A stretch of DNA of 63,964 nt, counting the filler. It is 5 parts of 5 records of this genome, joined end to end, with 100 filler letters (N's around TTAATTAATTAA, not from the genome) between each part and the next. Parts side by side here need not be neighbours in the genome. Positions count along the whole stretch, not along the records: positions 35,346 to 52,474 come from DRR723986_4837; 4 more parts are not named here. One strand, 5' to 3'. Shown here piece after piece: positions 35,246 to 45,111 of this stretch. Below the pieces are notes generated by a model. It was given only the letters and a program-made list of their open reading frames with translations. It had not been told where the DNA came from and made no database searches. The translations under genes and the position numbers were made by a program. Each line of letters opens with the position of its first letter. Position 1 is the first letter of the stretch.

Positions 35246-35345
35246 NNNNNNNNNNNNNNNNNNNNNNNNNNNNNNNNNNNNNNNNNNNNTTAATTAATTA
35301 ANNNNNNNNNNNNNNNNNNNNNNNNNNNNNNNNNNNNNNNNNNNN
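35246..35345. other. Artificial contig-joining spacer
   Basis: N44-TTAATTAATTAA-N44. Confidence 0.98.
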
Positions 35346-35498
35346 GCTTTCCTGAAAATTCTGCGGGATCAGATCGTTCCACCAATTGATGTATCCCGGG
35401 TGCCATTTCTCTAGCGCTTTCAGCACCTTCTTGTCTTGGCTCAGACCCACATTGTTTGGGATCTGCGTATCATAGCTCACATTAATCAGATCAAGCAT
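35346..35498 (-). CDS. boxB: Benzoyl-CoA 2,3-epoxidase subunit BoxB, N-terminal fragment
   Basis: IPNNVGL...KALEKWHPGYINWW matches the BoxB N-terminus; GGAGG RBS; directly downstream of boxC. Confidence 0.85.
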
Positions 35499-35534
35499 TT
35501 CATTCCTCCCCTGCGACTGGTGATCCAGTCCCCG

Positions 35535-37196
35535 TCAAACTCGTTCCATGTTGTATTCGCCGCGCACCCCAGTGCCGTAGCGCTGCAAGGCACCTTCTTC
35601 GCCAACTGCATTCGGGCGCTGAAAGATCCAATTCTGCCATGCGGTTAACCGTCCAAAAATGCGGGTTTCCATCGTTTCCGGCCCGGCAAACCGCAGGTTC
35701 GCCTCCATCCCGGTCATTGCATCAGGTGAGAAGCTGGCGCGCTCTTCCATGAAGAGGCGTACTTCGTCCTCCCAATCAATGTCATCAAAGGCATAGGTGA
35801 TGATGCCAAGCTTTTCGGCGTCGTCTGCTTCGAGCGGTTCGCCAATCCGCCCCTGCGCGGCATCAACCGCTTCGGGCGTACCCAGAAACCGAGTTTGCAG
35901 GCGGGTCAGGTCATTGCCCATCGGAAAGGTTCCGAAATTGCTGTTGGTCAGGGTCACTGCTGCAAGGGGGCGATTGTCGCCCTCGAATTCCTCTAACATC
36001 ATGTAGGACCGGTCCACTGACCACAAAAGCTCGGCCAGAACACCGGCAAAACAGGACCCATGTTCAACCAATGCCACCAGTGAACGCGAGGTCATGTCGA
36101 CCCGTTTCAACACCCGCTTCCAATATTTCAGAATCTCATTGGCCAACCAGTGATCCGCGTTATCCGTCAGCAAAGCCTCATGCGCGATCAGCTTTTCTGC
36201 ATCGCCTTGAGTGCGGAAAACAACCAATCCCAATTCCCGTTCATTCAAACGCAGGTGCAAAATCGCGTCATCCAATTCCCGCGCTAAGCGGAGCATGTAA
36301 GCCTGAGCACCCTGTTCGGTCAGCGCCTGCATCGATTCGGGCGCATCTTCGTCTGGGCCATTGATCGTGATGGTTGCGCGCCCTTCAGCACGATCCAACG
36401 CGATCTCAACAGTGGAATAAGTGACCGATCCGTCCTCAGCAAAGCTGCGACTTAGCGGCGTCAGTTCTATACCCTGCTCTGCGGTAACTTTGGATGAAGA
36501 GGCCGCAAAGGCCTGTGCCCTCTCTTGAACCGAGGCATCGAATTTGGAATTTGCGAACACCTCATCCACCAGCCGCCAATCCACGGCGCGCTGACCTTTG
36601 ACACCTTCCTCGACGGAACAAAATACATCCGCTAGATCCCGGCGCACTTTGCGTTTGTCTGTCACCCGGGTCAGACCGCCCGTTCCAGGCAAAACCGCAA
36701 GCAATGGCACCTCAGGCAATGCCACTGAAGAAGTTGAATCGTTGGTCAACATGATATGGTTGCAGGCCAAGGCCAGTTCGTATCCACCGCCCGCACATGC
36801 GCCTTTGACAGCAGCAATATAGTTCTGCCCCGAGTCCGCCTCGGCTGCCTCGAACGTGTTGCGAGTCTCATTAGTGAATTTACAAAAGTTGACTTTGTGC
36901 GCGTGACTGGCACCGCCCAGCATCCGAATGTTTGCCCCAGCGCAGAACACCTTGTCCTTGGCCGACCGCATTACCACCACTTTGACTTCTGGGTGCTCGA
37001 ATCGCATCCGCTGCACCACATCTGCCAGCTCGATATCCACTCCCAAATCATAAGAATTCAACTTGAGCTCATACCCTGGAAATAACCCAGCGGTTTCATC
37101 CACATCCATGAACAGATTTGCGATCTCACCGTCGTACTCCACTTTCCAGTGGCGGTATTTTGAGGGGTCTGTCTGAAAGTCGATAATTGAGGACAT
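35535..37196 (-). CDS. boxC: 2,3-epoxybenzoyl-CoA dihydrolase
   Basis: YRHWK, YELKLNSYDLGVDIELAD, FCAGANIRML, HKVNFCKFTNETRN, FGRLTAWQNWIFQRPNAVG; double crotonase fold. Confidence 0.95.
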   Translation of the reverse strand: MSSIIDFQTDPSKYRHWKVEYDGEIANLFMDVDETAGLFPGYELKLNSYDLGVDIELADVVQRMRFEHPEVKVVVMRSAKDKVFCAGANIRMLGGASHAHKVNFCKFTNETRNTFEAAEADSGQNYIAAVKGACAGGGYELALACNHIMLTNDSTSSVALPEVPLLAVLPGTGGLTRVTDKRKVRRDLADVFCSVEEGVKGQRAVDWRLVDEVFANSKFDASVQERAQAFAASSSKVTAEQGIELTPLSRSFAEDGSVTYSTVEIALDRAEGRATITINGPDEDAPESMQALTEQGAQAYMLRLARELDDAILHLRLNERELGLVVFRTQGDAEKLIAHEALLTDNADHWLANEILKYWKRVLKRVDMTSRSLVALVEHGSCFAGVLAELLWSVDRSYMMLEEFEGDNRPLAAVTLTNSNFGTFPMGNDLTRLQTRFLGTPEAVDAAQGRIGEPLEADDAEKLGIITYAFDDIDWEDEVRLFMEERASFSPDAMTGMEANLRFAGPETMETRIFGRLTAWQNWIFQRPNAVGEEGALQRYGTGVRGEYNMERV

Positions 37197-37274
37197 GCCA
37201 GGCTCCGCGTTTATGTGTCGATGTGCAAGTTAGTACAACAAACCATGCAGAACAAGCTCAAGTTAGCAAAATAA

Positions 37275-37320
37275 TGCACATCACTGCAGCAATTCATCAA
37301 GGCAAGTGCAATTTGATGCA
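37275..37320. promoter_or_regulatory. TGCA-N6-TGCA boxes upstream of boxC (BoxR/BzdR-type operator)
   Basis: TGCACATCACTGCA (37275-37288) and TGCAATTTGATGCA (37307-37320); further TGCA at 37224 and 37246. Confidence 0.6.
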
Positions 37321-37337
37321 TTATAATGCTTAATTCA

Positions 37338-38156
37338 TCAGGCCGGGATCACTTCAGCTTGCTCAATGCGCTCAAGACGGGTGCAGTAATCCGCGATAGC
37401 CGCCAATGTCTCTTCGGGGCGTTCTTGGTGCGGGGCATGCTGGCAATCCAATTCGAATCGATCCACCGGGCAATAAGCCCGGTCAGAGATTTCATCGAGC
37501 TGCGCCATGGTCCCGTACTGATCCCCGTAGCCCTGAATCGCCAAGATCGGCACGCGGATGTAATCAATTACCTCAGCCACGTTCCAATCCTTGAAACCCG
37601 GATCCAGCCACACATCACACCACCCCCGAAAGGCCCCAACCGGATCGCGATGATATTTCGCCATCTTCTCTTGCATATCAGATTGCGCAAAAGCCTCACC
37701 GGCGCGGGCAATTTCAGCCAAACCTGACTCTTCGGTGAAAAAATGCGGTGCAGCCAAAATGAGACCGCGTACGCGACGATCTTCAACACTACCTGCATAA
37801 ATCGCAGCGATAGTGGCGCCATCGGAATGGCCAAACAGAATACACCGCTCGATACCCGCTTGGTCAAGAATATGCGGCAGTACATCCAGCGCCTCGCGCG
37901 TTTGAAAACCCAGCGGGCGCGGTAAAGCAACAGGATCAGATTGCCCGTACCCCTGACGGGAATAAACCAGCACCCCCAAACCGGTACGTTTCGCAACCAA
38001 TGCCGGAAAATCCCGCCACAGCGCCACACAGCCCAACCCCTCGTGCAGCATCACGATCGTCGCCGCCGCGCTGGGATCGGGCCCATAGCATGCGTACTCC
38101 AAGGCCACACCGTTCACTTGCATCTGTTGACTTGGGGTTTCGCTCCACTCAATCAT
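37338..38156 (-). CDS. Alpha/beta hydrolase associated with the box cluster (putative lactonase/esterase)
   Basis: LHEGLG, GHSDG nucleophile elbow, QG..DQYG, HAPH; ATG overlaps the ligase stop (TGATG). Confidence 0.88.
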   Translation of the reverse strand: MIEWSETPSQQMQVNGVALEYACYGPDPSAAATIVMLHEGLGCVALWRDFPALVAKRTGLGVLVYSRQGYGQSDPVALPRPLGFQTREALDVLPHILDQAGIERCILFGHSDGATIAAIYAGSVEDRRVRGLILAAPHFFTEESGLAEIARAGEAFAQSDMQEKMAKYHRDPVGAFRGWCDVWLDPGFKDWNVAEVIDYIRVPILAIQGYGDQYGTMAQLDEISDRAYCPVDRFELDCQHAPHQERPEETLAAIADYCTRLERIEQAEVIPA

Positions 38157-39685
38157 CACGTCTGCTCCCGCAGTTTGAACCGTTGAATTTTCCCGGTCGC
38201 TGTTTTCGGTAGATCTTCGACAAATTCGATCCAGCGGGGGTATTTCCATTTGCCGACTTTCTCTTTGACGAACTCTTTCAACTCGCCTGCCAACCCGTTG
38301 GTCAATTCCTGTTTCAGAACGATATAAGCCTTGGGTTTTTCCAACCCCTGATCGTCACGCACAGCCACGACCGCGGCCTCCAGAACCGATGGATGTGATA
38401 CCAGCGCCTGTTCGACCTCAAACGGGGACACCCAGATGCCCGAGACCTTGAACATGTCATCCGTGCGCCCGCAGTAGATGTACCGCCCTTCTGGCGTCAG
38501 TTCATATTTGTCGCCCGTTCGGGTCCACTCCCCTTCGAAAGTTGCCCGGCTCTTGTCACGTTTGTTCCAATATCCATCAGCTGCCGAAGCCCCACGAACC
38601 AGCAACTCACCAATCCCGCCAACAGGCACCTCTGCACCGTCCTCATCGACCAAACGCACCTCGTATCCAGGCACGGGGCGGCCCGACGTGCCATAGGCCA
38701 CATCCCCCGGCGCATTGGACAGAAAGATATGCAGCATTTCGGTCGACCCAACACCATCCAGAATATCCGTGCCTGTCAGTTTCCGCCACGCATTGCCAAT
38801 ATCCTCGGGCAATGCCTCGCCCGCCGAAATGCAGCGCCGCAGGTTCGTGTCTGGCACCGCCCCCTGCTCTAACAACGCGACTGTCGCGGCATAGAGGGTG
38901 GGCACACCACAAAACAAACTTGGGCGCTCATCCTTAAGGATTTGAACCGTCATATCCGGCGTGGGGCGACCGTTGAACAAAACCGCCTCAGCCCCCACAG
39001 ACATCGGGAAGGTCATGCCGTTGCCCATGCCATAGGCAAAGAATAATTTGGCGGCAGAATAAACAACGTCATCCGGTTCGATCCGCAAAACCTGCGCGCC
39101 ATAGGTGTCTGATGTCGCCTGCAGGCTGCCGTGAACATGACGCACGCCTTTGGGTTGGCCGGTCGAGCCCGAGGAATAGAGCCAGAACGCAACATCATCT
39201 TCCGACGCCTCAACCGTTTGCGATGGTTCGCACTCCTGTACAAAAGCGCCAAAGCTTACGGTTCCCTCGGGGGCGTCTCCGATCACAATGACATGCGTGA
39301 GATGCGAAGCGGCGCGAGCCGCAGATTCAACAACGGGCCAAAGTTCCTCGGAAACGAACAAGCACGTTGCGCGACTGTCTTGTAAAATCGCTTCATAGAC
39401 TGAGGTCGCCAGCAACGTGTTCAATGGCACCGGAATCACACCAGCCTTAAGACACCCCCAAAAGATCTGCGGAAACTCGATCTGGTCCAGAACCAACATC
39501 ACGGCGCGTGCTTCTCGCGGTATCCCTGCCCGCGCTAAAGCCGAGGCAACCTGTCCCGTTTTTTGCGCCAATGTGCCATAGGTCAGTGACCGTTTTGCAC
39601 CAGCCGCTTCACGAAAAGCCGCGCGATCCTCACGGCCTTGCTCCACATGGCGATCCACAAAATAGTGCGCTGCGTTTCCGCTCAT
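38156..39685 (-). CDS. Benzoate-CoA ligase family protein
   Basis: AFWLYSSGSTGQPKG, AKLFFAYGMGN, SAGEALP, DGVGSTEMLHIFLSN, GRTDDMFKVSGIWVSP, PKTATGKIQR. Confidence 0.93.
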   Translation of the reverse strand: MSGNAAHYFVDRHVEQGREDRAAFREAAGAKRSLTYGTLAQKTGQVASALARAGIPREARAVMLVLDQIEFPQIFWGCLKAGVIPVPLNTLLATSVYEAILQDSRATCLFVSEELWPVVESAARAASHLTHVIVIGDAPEGTVSFGAFVQECEPSQTVEASEDDVAFWLYSSGSTGQPKGVRHVHGSLQATSDTYGAQVLRIEPDDVVYSAAKLFFAYGMGNGMTFPMSVGAEAVLFNGRPTPDMTVQILKDERPSLFCGVPTLYAATVALLEQGAVPDTNLRRCISAGEALPEDIGNAWRKLTGTDILDGVGSTEMLHIFLSNAPGDVAYGTSGRPVPGYEVRLVDEDGAEVPVGGIGELLVRGASAADGYWNKRDKSRATFEGEWTRTGDKYELTPEGRYIYCGRTDDMFKVSGIWVSPFEVEQALVSHPSVLEAAVVAVRDDQGLEKPKAYIVLKQELTNGLAGELKEFVKEKVGKWKYPRWIEFVEDLPKTATGKIQRFKLREQT

Positions 39686-39763
39686 CTACCCCTCCTCGGC
39701 GTGATTGGCTTGAACTGCGCGCGGGCGGTCCTCCTCGCCGGATCCACGCGCCTCTCGAATATG

Positions 39764-39839
39764 TGCGTAATAATGCATCGTCAGTCGCATTATGCAACAT
39801 ATTGCGTATACCTTTTCGCGATATATGCATTTTATCGCA
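39764..39839. promoter_or_regulatory. Degenerate TGCA-N6-TGCA boxes upstream of the benzoate-CoA ligase
   Basis: TGCGTAATAATGCA (39764-39777), TGCAACATATTGCG (39793-39806), TGCATTTTATCGCA (39826-39839). Confidence 0.55.
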
Positions 39840-41616
39840 CAATCATGACTCCCGTAGCAGTTCCCGCATAGAGGCGCGTCAGTATTTCAGCCCGCCTGCT
39901 TAACAGTTTTCGAAAATTGAGATTGCCCTTGGCGGTTATTTCCCCATCCGCCATTGATGGCGGTTCGGACAGAATCATGGCACGTGTGATCCGCGCAGAG
40001 GACCCCTTGCCCGCAGACAGTGTCGCCAATCGTGCTGTTATCTCAGCCTCAAATTCGCCCGGCAAAAGAACACCCTCATCGTCGTCGAGTTTCGCGGCCA
40101 CTGCAGGTGTGGGAATGATCAGAACCCCAACTTCGTTACGATCAGCCCCGGTGACGACAACGTCCGCCGCCAAAGAGGTCAAAGTCACCAGTATTTCCAG
40201 ACGCAGGGCTGCGGCGCGCACCCAGATGCCCGTGGTCAGTTTGAAATCTTCGGAAATTCGCCCGTCAAATCGCAAGCCTTTGGACATGTCATCAGGATCG
40301 ACCAACGTCATGGCATCACCCGTACAAAAATACCCATCGTCATCAAAGGCGTCCGCTGTTTTTTCTGGGTCCCTGTAGTACCCAGAAAACACGTTGGGGC
40401 CTTTAACGCGCACCTCATAGCGCGGCAGATCCTCGGGAACCAACTTCACTTCGGTGCCAGCCAGTGGAACACCAACAACGCCCGGTTCCTCTAAGGGTTC
40501 ATGCTGAAAAATGCACGCTGGCGCAGTTTCAGTCAGCCCCCAACACGTTGTTACTAATGGCAAGTCACCCCGTTCCGCCAAACACATCGCACGCAAATCA
40601 TCCCAGACATCGCGGGGCAACGAAGCTCCGGCGTAAAAGATAAGATCAAGATCTGCAAAGAACTTGGCCCGTAGCTCCGCGTCCTCTCGCATCACATCCC
40701 GCAACAGGGCAAATCCAACCGGAACGTTGTAAGCCAGATTTGACGGCACCAATTTCAGATTCTCAACCGTTTGCCCGATCAATGTAGGCGCGGGTTTGCC
40801 CCCATCGATATAAAGCGACCCACCAAAGGCCAGTATTTGGTTGAAACTGAACGACCCACCAAAAACATGGTTCCACGGCAACCAATCAACAATAACAGGG
40901 GGGCGAGCAGTCAAAGCGGGCAATGCATCCCCATACATTGCCTGATTTGTACACATCATGCGTTGGGTCGTCAGCACACCCTTTGGGTTCGACGTCGAAC
41001 CAGATGTCATAAGGATCTTAGCGACGGTTTCTGGCCCGACCTTGGCTGCAACCGGATCAATCTCTGCCCGCTCTTTCGTCAGGTTCGAAAGCTGCGTCAT
41101 TCCGGGCGCGGCATTCCGACTGACAACGATTTCACGCCCCTGCATTTCGTCCAACGCAAGAGCAGAGGCGAATTTCGCACCGTCTTCGGCAAACACCATG
41201 GTCGGTTCGATCAATCCAAGGATGTATTTCAACTGCACCTGCGCGTCTGGCACCAACGAATAGGGCTCGGCCACTGGCACCGTTGGAACCCCGACATATT
41301 GCGCGGCAAGACTTAGCAGTCCGTGGTCTATTGCATTGCCCGACAGGATCAAAATCCGGGTATCCGGCCCCATTCCTCGCGCGACCAGTCCGGCTGCCAA
41401 GGCGCGCACGTGATCCAAAGCCTCGCCATAGCGCAGCTCGCGCCAACCCGGTCCGCTGCGCTCAGCAAGAAAGACAGCATTCGGGCGCTCAGAGGCCCAA
41501 CGATGCAACCAATCCGTCGTTTTGGAAACAGGCACGCTGGCCTCGTAACCCGAACGCAGAAAAATCTCCCCCTTGGGGCCATTCTCGCGCAGCACGTTGT
41601 GGCGTACATATTCCAT
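39832..41616 (-). CDS. Feruloyl-CoA synthetase-like acyl-CoA ligase
   Basis: VAKILMTSGSTSNPKGV, DWLPWNHVFGG, WGLTETAP, FDGRISEDFKLTTGIWV, GEITAKGNLN are typical of the Fcs family. Confidence 0.88.
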   Translation of the reverse strand: MEYVRHNVLRENGPKGEIFLRSGYEASVPVSKTTDWLHRWASERPNAVFLAERSGPGWRELRYGEALDHVRALAAGLVARGMGPDTRILILSGNAIDHGLLSLAAQYVGVPTVPVAEPYSLVPDAQVQLKYILGLIEPTMVFAEDGAKFASALALDEMQGREIVVSRNAAPGMTQLSNLTKERAEIDPVAAKVGPETVAKILMTSGSTSNPKGVLTTQRMMCTNQAMYGDALPALTARPPVIVDWLPWNHVFGGSFSFNQILAFGGSLYIDGGKPAPTLIGQTVENLKLVPSNLAYNVPVGFALLRDVMREDAELRAKFFADLDLIFYAGASLPRDVWDDLRAMCLAERGDLPLVTTCWGLTETAPACIFQHEPLEEPGVVGVPLAGTEVKLVPEDLPRYEVRVKGPNVFSGYYRDPEKTADAFDDDGYFCTGDAMTLVDPDDMSKGLRFDGRISEDFKLTTGIWVRAAALRLEILVTLTSLAADVVVTGADRNEVGVLIIPTPAVAAKLDDDEGVLLPGEFEAEITARLATLSAGKGSSARITRAMILSEPPSMADGEITAKGNLNFRKLLSRRAEILTRLYAGTATGVMIVR

Positions 41617-41687
41617 CTTTGCACCTCACTAAGCGACCGTACCCCAAAAGATGGGATGCAGAGTGTCAGACCGGAGCGGCAGAGGTC

Positions 41688-43187
41688 CTACCCCGGCAAC
41701 AAAAACAGCGTGATCGCCGGAAAGGCGACAAGAATGATCACCCGAACAATGTCGGACCCAACAAAGAACATGACCGCTTTGTACGTTTCGACCATCGGGG
41801 TGGTGCGATCCATGGCATTAATAATGAACAGGTTCATGCCAACCGGCGGGGTAATCAATCCGACCTCAACAACGATCAACACCAGAATACCAAACCAGAT
41901 CGCAACGTGCTCAGCCTCCATCCGGTTCGCCATACCTTTGGTGACCCGAATACCTAGCTCTTTCATCTCGGCGCGGGTAAGCTCTGTACCCGTTGCAATT
42001 GCATCCTTGATCGACGCCAGTGTCTCAGCCGCCATGCCCTCAGGCACCCCATTGGCCAAAACCTCGCGTGCGGCGTCTGCCTGCATTGCGGCTAGATTGA
42101 TCAGGTCAAAATCCATTGCCGAAATCACCGGAAAAAAGATCGGGATCGTCAACAGGATCATGCTGAGGCTGTCCATCAGACATCCAAAAACAAGGTAAAA
42201 GCACAGGATCAACGCCAACACGACCCACGGGCTGAACCCCTGTGCCACTACAAAGCTGGAAAGTTCTTGAGGCACCTGCGTCAGCGCAAGGAAACCGTTA
42301 TAGAACCCGGCACCCAAAACGATAAAGAAGATCATCGCGGTGGAACGCGCCGTCACGGTAAAGCTTTCCACCAGTGTTGCGCGCGTTAGTCCACCGTTGA
42401 AAAAGGCGATTACACCTGTGCCAAAGGCGCCAACAGCGGCCCCTTCGGTTGGCGTGAACCACCCCAGATAGATGCCCCCTACAACCAAGCCAAACACCAG
42501 CAGCACCGGCCAAACCTGTATCATGGCGGCAAAGCGTTCCGCATAGGGGACAGCAGGCCGCGTGCCTGCGCTTTCCGGATAGAGGCGAACATACAAAGAA
42601 ATTGCCAGAACATAACCCAATGCCGCAAGCAATCCAGGAATGAACGCCGCCAAAAACAGCTTGGCGATATTTTGTTCTGTCAAAATGGCATAGATCACCA
42701 ACACCACTGACGGCGGGATCAAAATACCAAGGGTCCCCCCTGCGGCCAGTGTTGCAGTCGAAAACCCGCCCGCATAGCCATATTGCTTGAGCTCAGGCAA
42801 CGCCACCCGCCCCATGGTTGCCGCTGTTGCCAGCGAGGACCCGCAGATCGCCCCAAACCCAGCGCAGGCCCCGATCGAGGCCATCGCCACGCCACCTTTA
42901 CGATGGCCAAGCCAGCTTTCGGCGGCTTTGAACAGGGCATTCGACATGCCGCCCAACGTCGCAAAATGCCCCATCAACAGGAACATTGGCACGATGGTCA
43001 GCGAATAGCTGGAAAAGGTCGAATAGGTCTCGCTCTTGAGCCGCCCAAAGGCGACCTGCGTCCCGTCTGTCACCCAGATCAGCCCAACCAGACCCACAAC
43101 AAACATTGCGAGCCCAATTGGTACCCGCAAAAAGATAAGCACCATCAACGCCGGAAACGACGCAATCCCAATCTCTAGCGTGCTCAA
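41688..43187 (-). CDS. TRAP transporter large permease (DctM)
   Basis: GAICGSSLATAATM, GGTLGILIPPS, FTPTEGAAVG, GLITPPVGMNLF. TTG start at 43187 overlaps the dctQ stop. Confidence 0.93.
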   Translation of the reverse strand: MSTLEIGIASFPALMVLIFLRVPIGLAMFVVGLVGLIWVTDGTQVAFGRLKSETYSTFSSYSLTIVPMFLLMGHFATLGGMSNALFKAAESWLGHRKGGVAMASIGACAGFGAICGSSLATAATMGRVALPELKQYGYAGGFSTATLAAGGTLGILIPPSVVLVIYAILTEQNIAKLFLAAFIPGLLAALGYVLAISLYVRLYPESAGTRPAVPYAERFAAMIQVWPVLLVFGLVVGGIYLGWFTPTEGAAVGAFGTGVIAFFNGGLTRATLVESFTVTARSTAMIFFIVLGAGFYNGFLALTQVPQELSSFVVAQGFSPWVVLALILCFYLVFGCLMDSLSMILLTIPIFFPVISAMDFDLINLAAMQADAAREVLANGVPEGMAAETLASIKDAIATGTELTRAEMKELGIRVTKGMANRMEAEHVAIWFGILVLIVVEVGLITPPVGMNLFIINAMDRTTPMVETYKAVMFFVGSDIVRVIILVAFPAITLFLLPG

Positions 43188-43768
43188 TGGCCTGCCTCCG
43201 ACCCATCCAAGACCAGGATACGTCCGGTCAGAAACTCGATAATACGGACACCCGCCATATACACACCAACAACAGCCGCCGCAAAAGACCCCACAAAGCT
43301 GAGCGCATAGGCCCACCAAATCGGGAACTGCAACAGAAAGGTCGTCTCGCCGTAGGACCGCTTGCTCATCATTCCATCAAACAGCTTCCACATGATCAGC
43401 ACCAAGACAGCGGCAAAAACAATCTCAGTCACCATGCGCAGGAATCGGTTCACCACTGTCGGAAAGCTATTGGCAAGAATATCGACCGAGGCATGGCCCG
43501 CCGTGATTTGACACAGTGGCAAAAAGCAAAAGATGGCGAAAGCGACACCAGCTTCGACAAGCTCAAAATCGCCATTCACAGGACCAATCCCAATCCCGAT
43601 GGCCCAAGAGGCAAAGCCGGGGGCAACGCTTTCCATGAAATCGCCGTGGAAAAAGCCGTTCAGCAAACGGCCCAGGATGGATACGCAGGTCAGCAGGATC
43701 AGTGCGCTTAGAACGATCCCGCCAACGATGGCCAGCGTTCGCGCCAGCCCCATCATCAGCTTGTGCAT
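43184..43768 (-). CDS. TRAP transporter small permease (DctQ)
   Basis: Four TM helices, GDFELVE, GHASVD; lies between dctP and dctM. Confidence 0.92.
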   Translation of the reverse strand: MHKLMMGLARTLAIVGGIVLSALILLTCVSILGRLLNGFFHGDFMESVAPGFASWAIGIGIGPVNGDFELVEAGVAFAIFCFLPLCQITAGHASVDILANSFPTVVNRFLRMVTEIVFAAVLVLIMWKLFDGMMSKRSYGETTFLLQFPIWWAYALSFVGSFAAAVVGVYMAGVRIIEFLTGRILVLDGSEAGH

Positions 43769-43787
43769 CAGTCGTGTGTCTTTCTGG

Positions 43788-43821
43788 AAAAAAGTGCCGT
43801 GGCGAAAGGAGCCGCCACGGC
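43788..43821 (-). terminator. Stem-loop with U-tract after dctP (partial terminator / mRNA stabiliser)
   Basis: GCCGTGGCG-N8-CGCCACGGC (43796-43821) followed on the minus strand by T6. Confidence 0.65.
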
Positions 43822-43829
43822 CAATGTAT

Positions 43830-44876
43830 TTACTGCGAATACTTTTCGATCAGCATACGGGCCTCATCGATCAAAGCCTGACCGTCTTTGCCCTTGGACG
43901 CCATATCTGCGATCCACTCGTCATAAATCGGCTGCGCCAGCGTGCGCCATTCTTCGACACCAGCCGCATCCACGGTGATGATGTTGTTGCCAAGATCCTC
44001 GGCCTGTTCACGTGCGGGGCCATCTGCGTCCGCCTGCGTGCCACCGGCAAAGACCGAGAACTCCAGACCCGAGTTGTCATCCACAACCTTTTTCAGATCG
44101 TCAGGCAGGCTTTCATATTTGGCTTTGTTCATCGCCAGAACAAACGTCAGCGTATAAAGCGCGCGACCTTCGAACTCGGTGTGGTTTTCAACCAGTTCAG
44201 GAACCTTCAGCGCGGCGGTGACTTCCCAAGGAATGGTTGTGCCGTCGATCACACCTTTGGACAGACCTTCGGGCACAGCGGGCACAGGCATACCAACCGG
44301 GGTGGCGCCCAGTTTCGTTAGCAACGAATTGACGGAACGCGATCCGCCACGGATTTTCATGCCTTGCAGATCAGCAGGCGTTTCCACCGGATCAGCCGTG
44401 TGGATCATGCCGGGACCGTGCACCCATGTGCCAAGAATGTGCACATCCTTGAACTCGGTGTCTTTCATGTGTTTTTCAAACATTTCCCAATACGCACGGC
44501 TCACGGCACGGGCATCGGTCATCATGAACGGAAGCTCGAACACTTCTGTGCTAGGGAAACGGCCAGGCGTATAGCCAACAACAGTCCAAACGATGTCCGC
44601 AACGCCATCAATGGCTTGGTCCATCAGCTCTGGTGGCTTGCCCCCCAATTGCATCGAGGGATAGCGCTCGACCTTGATCCGGCCACCCGAATCTTTTTCA
44701 ACATTGTCCGCCCAAACATCCAGCACCAGTTTTGGCACGTTCGCCTGTGCAGGCAGAAACTGGTGAAGTTTCAGCGTAACCTCTTGCGCCAGCGCCGAAG
44801 TTGTTCCGAAACCGGTGGCCATAGCCGCGACTGCAGCCCCACCAATCAAGCCCAATAGCTTTCTGCGATAAGTCAT
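43830..44876 (-). CDS. TRAP substrate-binding protein (DctP, aromatic acid type)
   Basis: RR-containing signal, LKLHQFLP, YPSMQLGGKPPEL, YTPGRFP, GMKIR. Start set at ATG 44876 behind GGGAGG. Confidence 0.93.
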   Translation of the reverse strand: MTYRRKLLGLIGGAAVAAMATGFGTTSALAQEVTLKLHQFLPAQANVPKLVLDVWADNVEKDSGGRIKVERYPSMQLGGKPPELMDQAIDGVADIVWTVVGYTPGRFPSTEVFELPFMMTDARAVSRAYWEMFEKHMKDTEFKDVHILGTWVHGPGMIHTADPVETPADLQGMKIRGGSRSVNSLLTKLGATPVGMPVPAVPEGLSKGVIDGTTIPWEVTAALKVPELVENHTEFEGRALYTLTFVLAMNKAKYESLPDDLKKVVDDNSGLEFSVFAGGTQADADGPAREQAEDLGNNIITVDAAGVEEWRTLAQPIYDEWIADMASKGKDGQALIDEARMLIEKYSQ

Positions 44877-44904
44877 GTGGTTCCTCCCTCTGATCCCTCG
44901 TATT

Positions 44905-44947
44905 GGCAATATAATGCAAACTTCCAACATCAATGCAATATATTGCT
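44905..44947. promoter_or_regulatory. Degenerate TGCA-N6-TGCA boxes upstream of dctP
   Basis: GGCAATATAATGCA (44905-44918) and TGCAATATATTGCT (44934-44947). Confidence 0.5.
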
Positions 44948-45111
44948 TACACGTCTTACCTGTCGAGACTGCAACTGAACCCGTTCAAGACGCAAGCTCT
45001 CTCTCAAGATTGACAGACGAAGTAAGATTGAGCTGCATTTCAACAGCCCCTTGCAGTCACGTATATCAAATCGGTGCAGCCAAAGACGCTTTGGCTGACT
45101 GGTTCTTAAAG

